Shown: positions 8,208 through 15,197 of the stretch, one piece after another | How the letters are laid out: each line of letters opens with the position of its first letter | How positions within the stretch are numbered: the stretch's first letter is position 1 | Source: Cyanobacteria bacterium J06626_4 | Lineage (GTDB): Bacteria; Cyanobacteriota; Cyanobacteriia; Phormidesmidales; Phormidesmidaceae | NCBI GenBank assembly: GCA_038523235.1 | Contig: JBCBJQ010000106.1 | Coordinates: 1 to 20,242, forward strand | Direction: 5' to 3' | Length of the DNA: 20,242 nt | Made by a program: the position numbers and the translations under genes | The notes under the pieces: model-generated | Databases searched by the model: none | Seen by the model: the letters and a program-made list of their open reading frames with translations, nothing else | What the model was told of the DNA's origin: nothing

Positions 8208-9183
8208 TCGTCTGACGGAGATACTCACTCGGGGAAACGCCGTATTTTTTGCGGAAGGCGGCAGCAAAATAGCTGCGGTTGGCAAAGCCCACGTGACGAG
8301 CCGCTTCGGTGATGTTTACTTCACCCTCGATGAGTAACTGACGGGCTGTTTCCATCCGGTGGCTGTGTAAATAGCCAAAGGTGGTTTCGCCAAAAACCTG
8401 TCGAAAGCCTCGCTTGAGAACACAGTCGTTCAGCCCCACTTGGTGAGCCAGATTGAGCAAAGAGGGCGGGTTATCGAGCCGCTGTAGCAGAATCTTTTTC
8501 GCCCGGTGGATGCGCTCAACGTCATCTGATTTCAATGGATTCAGGACGGGTTTGGCCTCTCGTCGCTGCAACTCTTGATCGAGCAGCAGGGCCATGAGTT
8601 CCCACACTTTACTTTCTAAATAGGCTTTTTTGATGACACCCGTAAACGGGCAGTGCAACAGCTGATGCAGTGCTGTGCGCATGGCAGCGGTGGTCACGCC
8701 CAACCGTTCGTAGTAAGGCTGCTCAGTGGGCCGAAACAGGTGCTCCAGCCCCCCACCCGCTAAGTCAAAAGACTCGCCCAAAAAGGTTTTTAATACAGCG
8801 GGTGGAATATGAACATTGACCTCTAAAATCGGTTCAGCCGCCGAATCCCCGCAGGTTTCAGCCGGAGCCATGCCGCTACCGTATAGGGCGTATTGACCAG
8901 CCGCGATCGCATTCGGCTGACTACCTTTGCCCGTGAGGTAAAACACGTACTCTATGAGATGCGATCGCTCTGGTAATACCGTCACGATATCGTCGTGCAG
9001 CTGATAGTTACCAATGAATAGGTCCACCCCTTCACGGAGGTCAATCAAGCGGCAGTCGCCCTGACCTAACTGCTCTGGATAAGGCACAGCCCTATCGCAA
9101 GACTCTGTTTCATCAGACTGACTACGGCGTTGAGACTCATCGAATAAGTTCAAATAGTCATGCTGGGAGAGGGTGATGGTCAT
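8194..9183 (-). CDS. AraC-family transcriptional regulator (PchR-like)
   Basis: ATG at 9183 (MTITLSQ, matching paralog MAITLSR); CPFTGVIKKAYLESK, PPSLLNLAHQVGLN..LKRGFRQVFG, VGFANRSYFAAAFRKKYG double HTH. Confidence 0.95.
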   Translation of the reverse strand: MTITLSQHDYLNLFDESQRRSQSDETESCDRAVPYPEQLGQGDCRLIDLREGVDLFIGNYQLHDDIVTVLPERSHLIEYVFYLTGKGSQPNAIAAGQYALYGSGMAPAETCGDSAAEPILEVNVHIPPAVLKTFLGESFDLAGGGLEHLFRPTEQPYYERLGVTTAAMRTALHQLLHCPFTGVIKKAYLESKVWELMALLLDQELQRREAKPVLNPLKSDDVERIHRAKKILLQRLDNPPSLLNLAHQVGLNDCVLKRGFRQVFGETTFGYLHSHRMETARQLLIEGEVNITEAARHVGFANRSYFAAAFRKKYGVSPSEYLRQTRKSG

Positions 9184-9225
9184 GGGGATGGGGGCGATCG
9201 CGGCGGCAAAAAGGGCGACTTTCAA

Positions 9226-9263
9226 GTGAGAGCTATTCTCAACTAAATCAAACTGTGGGTCAA
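9226..9263 (-). promoter_or_regulatory. sigma70-type promoter of AraC 1 overlapped by a Fur-box-like site
   Basis: Minus strand TTGACC-N17-GAGAAT. GTGAGAGCTATTCTCAA (9226-9242) resembles TTGAGAATnATTCTCAA. Same layout upstream of AraC 2. Confidence 0.7.
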
Positions 9264-9297
9264 GCGCAGAGATGGGGATGGATGCATGGGGTGGCGT

Positions 9298-10350
9298 TCA
9301 CTCAAGGGATGACAGTTGATTGAGGTAACCTTCAAGGATGATCTCGGCAGCGATCGGGCCTCGTAGGGTGGATAGGTGAGCATCGATAAAATAGACTCGC
9401 CCCGCCTCAGTTACCGGCATTTTTTGTAAAAGCGGTACCTGATTCCAGTCTTGTTTCAGGTTGCGCCAGCCTTCCGGATTGCCCTGATCTTCAGCATCCC
9501 AGGCCACGACAAAAACGATATCAGCATCCGCTTGAGGCACCACTTCTAGAGACAGCGTGGGGGAATCGCAACTGGATGAATTTTCTAGGCTAACTAACTG
9601 AAATCCGATAGCTTCAAGTAATCGAGAAAACTCGCTGCAAGGATAGGTATAAATCTCTCCGGTGAGATTACCGGAGCTGAGTAATAAGACTCTGGGATAT
9701 TCGGCAACGATCGACGATAGCTGGGTCTGCGCCTGAGCAATCGTCGTCTCATAGGTGGCTTCGACCTGCGCTAATTCTGGCTCTTTGTCTAGGGCCTGGG
9801 CCAAGATTTGAATGGAGCTTTGCCATCCCCCCGGCTCGTCATCCACCAACACCGTCGGCGCAATTTGCGAGAGCAGTTCGTAGTTGCCCTGCCAAACTTC
9901 GCCCAAAATCAAATCTGGCTGTACCTGGGTCAAGGTTTCTAGAGAGGGGCTATGGCGATCGCCTAAGTTAACCGGCTCAGTCGTCAAGCGCTGACCTAAA
10001 TACGGGATTTGCGCTGGCGGATCGTCAAACTCAGGTCGCCTCAGCATCGCCTCTGACATATCGGCAGCACCGAATCCGACCGGTTCTACTCCAAGGGCTA
10101 ACAGCATATCCAGAATGTAGGGACTCAGCGCGGCCACCCGCTGGGGCTGGACGCACAGCTCGGTGGTGCCCGCAGCATGTTCAATCCTCTGACAATTCCC
10201 GGACAGTGGTGCCGCCGCTGGTGGCGCGGATGGTTCCCCACAAGCGGCCACGACGATTGTGAGCAGCCCCACTAGTAGGCACAACAGAGCCCGCCACCGT
10301 TTTCTAAAAAGCCATCGCCGACGACGACGAATGAATGGTCGATAGTTCAT
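9298..10350 (-). CDS. Iron-siderophore ABC substrate-binding lipoprotein
   Basis: Arg-rich n-region and lipobox VAA-C; IEHAAGTTELC, PSLETLTQVQPDLILG, LLSQIAPTV, GRVYFID. Alternative ATG at 10371 overlaps the receptor stop (TGATG). Confidence 0.93.
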   Translation of the reverse strand: MNYRPFIRRRRRWLFRKRWRALLCLLVGLLTIVVAACGEPSAPPAAAPLSGNCQRIEHAAGTTELCVQPQRVAALSPYILDMLLALGVEPVGFGAADMSEAMLRRPEFDDPPAQIPYLGQRLTTEPVNLGDRHSPSLETLTQVQPDLILGEVWQGNYELLSQIAPTVLVDDEPGGWQSSIQILAQALDKEPELAQVEATYETTIAQAQTQLSSIVAEYPRVLLLSSGNLTGEIYTYPCSEFSRLLEAIGFQLVSLENSSSCDSPTLSLEVVPQADADIVFVVAWDAEDQGNPEGWRNLKQDWNQVPLLQKMPVTEAGRVYFIDAHLSTLRGPIAAEIILEGYLNQLSSLE

Positions 10351-10370
10351 AGATGAAACATCTGAAGGCA

Positions 10371-13112
10371 TCAGAAAGTGACCTGATAGCTGAGATTAAT
10401 CGTTCTCCCCTCCCCAGCCCGGTTGTTGCCGTCAAAAAACGGGGCAAAGTATTGCGAATAGACCGGGGAATAATCAGTATTCAGCAGGTTTTGAATGCCG
10501 AGAGTCAGCTCGCCATCGCCAAGGCTGACGCTGCTGAGGAAGTCCAGCGTGATGTAGCTATTGATGGGGGCATCATCGACACCATCATCAAAGCCGCGAT
10601 CGCGATCGCCAGAATAGAGCAACTGCAAGCGATTGCGCCAGCCGGGTAGGGTTTCATTTTCCAGGTATGCCGTGATTTTGAGCGGCGGAATCACCAGGCT
10701 GTTGAGGGCGGTAAAATCACCGTCTTCATCTTCCCCTTCTAACCAAGTAACCGTGCCGCCCAATCTCCAAGCGTCGCTCGGATGCCAGTCAACGGTGGCT
10801 TCTACGCCATAGATCCGCTGCGGAGCCCGAATGGTTCGCAAGGGGCCGCCATCAACCGCTTCGAAGCTGGTGCCTAGACTCGAATAGTTAAAAAAGCCTG
10901 CTACAGATGCTTGGAGCGTGCCCCAATTTCCCCGCAGGCCAATTTCGTAGTTATCGACCTTTTGCGGCTGAGTCAAATCAATGTCGTCTTCAACCGCAAA
11001 TCCGGCATCAGCAAAGCGTAGTACCCGGCCAATATCTGGCAGCGAAAAGCCTTGGGAAAAGCTGGTAAATGCCGTTAGGCCTTCAGTGAGTTCGTAGGCA
11101 AGGCCCACGTTAAAAACCACATCATCGGCATTCAAGGTGCCGCCTTCAATGGCATTCCCGTCGAAGGTGATGTAATCATCAGCATCAACTCTGAGGTTGA
11201 CATAGCGAGCACCGCCACTGAATGTGAGGCGATCGGAAATGTCCCACTGAAGCTGAGCAAAAATCCCTACATCGTCCAAGGTGTAAGGTGGCACGAAATC
11301 AATTTCATCAATTTTGCGAAAGACCCGTCCCCCACTGGCGTCAAATTCTTCTGGGTCAAACACATTAAAGGTTTGGGAGCTGTCTTCTCTTACATAATCC
11401 ACCCCCCACAGCAGGCTGACGGTCTCTTCTAAATTGAACGGGGTGTTGACTTGTAGTCGCCCGCCCCACTGTTGGCTGCTTCCGGGTGATTGGGTAATGA
11501 AGCCCGTAAAATCTCGATTGTCCGACGGTAGGCCACCCTCAAATTCATAGCTGCGAAAAAAGACCTGACCCTGTAGTTGACTATTCAGCAAGTCGTCGTT
11601 GAAATACTGCAAGGTGAGATTTGTCGTGGTTAATGTTGATGCTTCTGGAGCACCAATGACCTGGGTGCCTTCGGGCACCTCAAGGGCGCGCGCTTTTTGG
11701 ACTCCCGGAATATCGTCAATCGCCGGATCGCTAATGTAGTCGGCATCCTGCTCTTGCTGGAAATGGTTCAGGGTGAAGTTCAGCCGCTGCAACTCGTCTA
11801 GCTCACCTCCCAGCCGCACCAACACATTAAACTCATCGGTCTCGGCGTCGGTAAAGTCGCTGGGAATGCGATCGCCATCAGCGTCATAGTAAACGCCTCG
11901 CGATCGGTACGAAATGCTGCCCAATGCACTAGCCGTCTCTGTCGTGGCGGAGATTGTGTAGCGCGCATTGTAGCCAAATCCGTCTCCTGCCAGGAATGCC
12001 TCATCTCGACCAATAGCGGCACTGCCGCCAATGTCGATGGTATGACTTAGAGGCGCTTCGTCAGGCTGACGGGTAATGATGTTAATCAAGCCCCCAGTGG
12101 CCTGAGCGCCATAAATCGCATTGGGGCCGCGTACTACTTCAATCCGCTCAATTGCTTGCGGGTCGATGGTGGTTAGGAAAGCGGGAATGGAGCCCAGATT
12201 CGTATTTTGAGGAATGCCGTCAATCAGAACGGAAATTTCTCGGCCCCGCAGGGTTTGACCAAACGTATTGGTGCGTCCTGTCGGAGCACTAAAGCCCGGT
12301 ACCAGTTGGGATAAAATATCGCCCAAATCCTGATTCAGGCGGGTTTGCTCTTCAATCTCTTCACGGTCGATGACTGTGACTGAACGGGGAACATCTTGCA
12401 GTTCTTCCTCTGTGCGAGTTGCGGTAACGACGACTTGAATCGCGTCTTCGTCGATGTCGATATCGCCATCGGCATTCGCGGTGACTCCTGGCGTGATGCC
12501 CAGCATCAAATTGCCTGCCTCGGCGGTGAACTCAACTTCCGGCGGTGCATCCGTGCCGGTGACCGATACTCTAACCATGTTTGCGGACTCGTTCGTTACG
12601 CTCACCAGAGCAATTCCTGCGGTCGGGCCAAAACGCTCAAATGCCTCCCCCCCAGGCAAGTTCAGCACGGCATTGGGAATGTCTGCAATCAAGGCATTTC
12701 CAGTTGTCTCAGTCGTCGGGGTGGGTAGTTCGCCGCTATCCGTTTCCAGTACCAACTGCAAGCCCGCTTCCGTCTCTTCTACCCGTACCCCAGTAATCGC
12801 AACTTGAGCATGAGCTATTGGCGCTTCGCCACTGAGTACCGGACTGTGCGGCAGTTCGCGGTTAGGGAGTAAAGATGCCGCAGCAGTAGCATCGGGAAGT
12901 GAATCGGTTAAAACTACTGATATTGAATCGATGACTGTATCAGTAGCGGTCTCGGGCAGTGCTTCGATCGGCGCTGCCGTCCCCTCAAGTGCTGGCTCAG
13001 TGCTGGCCCAACTGGCAGGACTATTCATCAGCAGACAGCCAGACAAGCATAGCGTTAACCCACCCCAGCGTTGCCTTGTCGACAACCGACGCTCTTTAAT
13101 CAATGCAGCCAT
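10371..13112 (-). CDS. TonB-dependent receptor, IutA/SchT (aerobactin/schizokinen)-like, with AMIN domain
   Basis: TonB box DAIQVVVTATRTEE; plug RTNTFGQTLRGREISVLIDGIPQ typical of the IutA type; FSQGFSLPDIGR, APQRIYGVE, GIQNLLN, terminal Phe. Substrate assignment is inference. Confidence 0.93.
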   Translation of the reverse strand: MAALIKERRLSTRQRWGGLTLCLSGCLLMNSPASWASTEPALEGTAAPIEALPETATDTVIDSISVVLTDSLPDATAAASLLPNRELPHSPVLSGEAPIAHAQVAITGVRVEETEAGLQLVLETDSGELPTPTTETTGNALIADIPNAVLNLPGGEAFERFGPTAGIALVSVTNESANMVRVSVTGTDAPPEVEFTAEAGNLMLGITPGVTANADGDIDIDEDAIQVVVTATRTEEELQDVPRSVTVIDREEIEEQTRLNQDLGDILSQLVPGFSAPTGRTNTFGQTLRGREISVLIDGIPQNTNLGSIPAFLTTIDPQAIERIEVVRGPNAIYGAQATGGLINIITRQPDEAPLSHTIDIGGSAAIGRDEAFLAGDGFGYNARYTISATTETASALGSISYRSRGVYYDADGDRIPSDFTDAETDEFNVLVRLGGELDELQRLNFTLNHFQQEQDADYISDPAIDDIPGVQKARALEVPEGTQVIGAPEASTLTTTNLTLQYFNDDLLNSQLQGQVFFRSYEFEGGLPSDNRDFTGFITQSPGSSQQWGGRLQVNTPFNLEETVSLLWGVDYVREDSSQTFNVFDPEEFDASGGRVFRKIDEIDFVPPYTLDDVGIFAQLQWDISDRLTFSGGARYVNLRVDADDYITFDGNAIEGGTLNADDVVFNVGLAYELTEGLTAFTSFSQGFSLPDIGRVLRFADAGFAVEDDIDLTQPQKVDNYEIGLRGNWGTLQASVAGFFNYSSLGTSFEAVDGGPLRTIRAPQRIYGVEATVDWHPSDAWRLGGTVTWLEGEDEDGDFTALNSLVIPPLKITAYLENETLPGWRNRLQLLYSGDRDRGFDDGVDDAPINSYITLDFLSSVSLGDGELTLGIQNLLNTDYSPVYSQYFAPFFDGNNRAGEGRTINLSYQVTF

Positions 13113-13160
13113 TAGATTGCTTTCCCCACACCTTTTGAAATCAGTCGCAACAAGCCGTTG

Positions 13161-13177
13161 CTAAGAACTGTTCTCAA
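13161..13177. promoter_or_regulatory. Fur-box-like site upstream of receptor 2
   Basis: CTAAGAACTGTTCTCAA (AGAAC-T-GTTCT palindrome), next to a minus-strand -10-like TATCTT (13179-13184). Confidence 0.6.
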
Positions 13178-13221
13178 GAAGATACTGGAGATTTAATCGA
13201 GATGGGCAAGCGCGATCGCTC

Positions 13222-13256
13222 CCATCCGGATCGTTTTGCGCCCTAACTGGATTTTT
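13222..13256 (-). promoter_or_regulatory. Putative AraC-type direct-repeat operator (copy 3), overlapping the AraC stop codon
   Basis: CCATCCGGATCGTTTTGCGCCCTAACTGGATTTTT; the half-site starting at 13243 is the reverse complement of AAA TCC AGT TAG (K-S-S-stop). Confidence 0.65.
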
Positions 13257-14238
13257 GGCTCAAAAGATAAACTTTGGGATTCATCCCAAACTGCTTGCGG
13301 AAGGCAACCGCAAACCGGCTTTGATTAGCATATCCGACCGTCCGAGCTACTTCTTTCACATTCATCCGCTGCTCTGCCAACAGTTGACGGGCCACTTCCA
13401 TTCGGTACTGATGCAGATAGCCAAACACTGTGGTACCAAACACTTGTCGAAATCCGCTTTTGAGCTTGTAATCGTTTAGGCTCACTTGCCGGGCCAACTC
13501 CATCAAAGAGGGAGGGTTATCGAGGTTGGCCGTCAGAATGCTTTTAGCATGATGAATGCGATCAACATCATCCAGATTGAGCGAACAAGGTGAGCCTGTG
13601 CGTTTGTCTATTTCTTTCAGCTGTTCTAATTTCAGTGCCACCAACTCTAAACACTTGCTCTCTAGATAAATTTGTTTGGTTTTACCGTGAAACGGGCAAT
13701 TAAAAATTTGTTCTAGGGGCGATCGCATCGCCGGCGTAATCGTGTTTATTTCGGTCAGCCAGTTGTCGCTGTAATCTTCTAGACACCGACGAATTTCGCT
13801 GGGTAAGTCTTTCAAAGTATCGGCAATCACCTGGCTAAGACCATTTGAAGACGCCAGATGAATATCAACCTTGAGAATGGGCTCATTCGCATGGGTAACG
13901 GCAAACCAGTCGTCCGGCTCGTCACACTGGCCCCATTGGATAAAATTTTCGCCTGTGCGATATCCATGTCGATTTCCCGATAGATGGAAGCCGATTTCAC
14001 CCGCGTGTGTACTTCCATCTTCAGCGCGATGGAGAACATGCACATCTTTCCGAAACTGATACTGAAACAGGGTGAGCTCAATACCAGCCCACTGAATCGA
14101 CTGGATATATCCTTGGCCAAGCGATTCCGGCACAACCTGCCGAGTTTCAGAAAAGTCGGAATGATTGGATATTTCAGGAGCGGGATTTTGCTCTTGCCAC
14201 AAGTGGTCGTAGTCAGCCCGTGAAAGGGTGATAGCCAT
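13243..14238 (-). CDS. AraC-family transcriptional regulator (PchR-like)
   Basis: CPFHGKTKQIYLESK, PPSLMELARQVSLNDYKLKSGFRQVFGTT, VGYANQSRFAVAFRKQFG. Confidence 0.96.
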   Translation of the reverse strand: MAITLSRADYDHLWQEQNPAPEISNHSDFSETRQVVPESLGQGYIQSIQWAGIELTLFQYQFRKDVHVLHRAEDGSTHAGEIGFHLSGNRHGYRTGENFIQWGQCDEPDDWFAVTHANEPILKVDIHLASSNGLSQVIADTLKDLPSEIRRCLEDYSDNWLTEINTITPAMRSPLEQIFNCPFHGKTKQIYLESKCLELVALKLEQLKEIDKRTGSPCSLNLDDVDRIHHAKSILTANLDNPPSLMELARQVSLNDYKLKSGFRQVFGTTVFGYLHQYRMEVARQLLAEQRMNVKEVARTVGYANQSRFAVAFRKQFGMNPKVYLLSQKSS

Positions 14239-14268
14239 AATAAAAGCTCGGCTTCAGCTTCGTTTCTA

Positions 14269-14306
14269 ATGCAAGCTATTCTCAACTGCGCCATAGAAAT
14301 AGTCAA
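14269..14306 (-). promoter_or_regulatory. sigma70-type promoter of AraC 2 overlapped by a Fur-box-like site
   Basis: Minus strand TTGACT-N17-GAGAAT; shares AGCTATTCTCAACT and GTCAAGC at identical spacing with 9231-9265. Confidence 0.7.
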
Positions 14307-14427
14307 GCTGACCGGATATCTAAATCAGCTCAGTTTAGCTGCGTAGAACTTAGGCTTGGCAAGGCGCTTCCCAAGCTCTGCAAGCGCTGTGAGCTATACT
14401 AAGGTCAACTATTCTGGGATTTCAGCT

Positions 14428-15189
14428 ATGGTCCGAGTGGATGAAAATCCCCCCGTCGTCGGTAAAAGTAGTGATGAAAATTCCCCTGCTGTCGGTGGAA
14501 TCAGCGCTGACGAAGTTGAGCTGCCTCCCACTAATTTATACAGTGATGAACCACCCTTGGAAACCGACTTCCACCGTAATCAGATTGATCTGTTAATTCG
14601 GTTGTTGAACTTCTGGTGGCAAGATCGCCACGACTTCTATATTTCCGGTAATCTCACTGTTTACTACAACAAGCAACAGCTCAAGAAAAGGGATTTTCTT
14701 GGGCCAGACGTGTTTATAGTGCTGGGTGCCGAAAAAAGAGAACGCCGCAGTTGGGCCATCTGGGAAGAAGGGGGTAAATACCCCAATGTGGTGATTGAAC
14801 TGCTCTCCAACTCTACTGCTCAGGTCGATAAAGGGGCTAAGAAAACGCTGTATCAAGACGTATGGCGGGTACCCGAATACTATTGGTTTCACCCCGAGAC
14901 GATGGAATTTGCCGGATTTCGTTTGTCTAGTAGTCGATACGAGTCAATTACACCCACAAACCAAGGACGTCTAACCAGCCAACAGTTGGAGCTAGAGTTG
15001 GGTATTTATGGACAGCAATTGCGCTGGTTCACGGCAACCGGTGACTTGATTCCGTTGCCTGAAGAAGCAGAACGACAGCGGGCTGAGCAAGAACGGCAGC
15101 GGGCCGAGCAAACCCAGCAACGGCTACAGCAGTTAGAGGCTTATCTCAGATCTCAAGGAATTGATCCGGATCAACTGCCTGAGTCGTGA
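14428..15189 (+). CDS. Uma2-family putative endonuclease with C-terminal coiled coil
   Basis: ATG 14428 after TATACT (14395-14400); SDEPPLET..H, GPDVFIV, WEEGGKYPNVVIELLS, VPEYYWFHP; C-terminal ERQRAEQ repeats. Confidence 0.93.
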   Translation: MVRVDENPPVVGKSSDENSPAVGGISADEVELPPTNLYSDEPPLETDFHRNQIDLLIRLLNFWWQDRHDFYISGNLTVYYNKQQLKKRDFLGPDVFIVLGAEKRERRSWAIWEEGGKYPNVVIELLSNSTAQVDKGAKKTLYQDVWRVPEYYWFHPETMEFAGFRLSSSRYESITPTNQGRLTSQQLELELGIYGQQLRWFTATGDLIPLPEEAERQRAEQERQRAEQTQQRLQQLEAYLRSQGIDPDQLPES

Positions 15190-15197
15190 CACATTCT

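Noticed and set aside
3480..15197. Composite transposon or integrative element
   Set aside because: No transposase, integrase, tRNA, terminal inverted repeats or target duplication visible.
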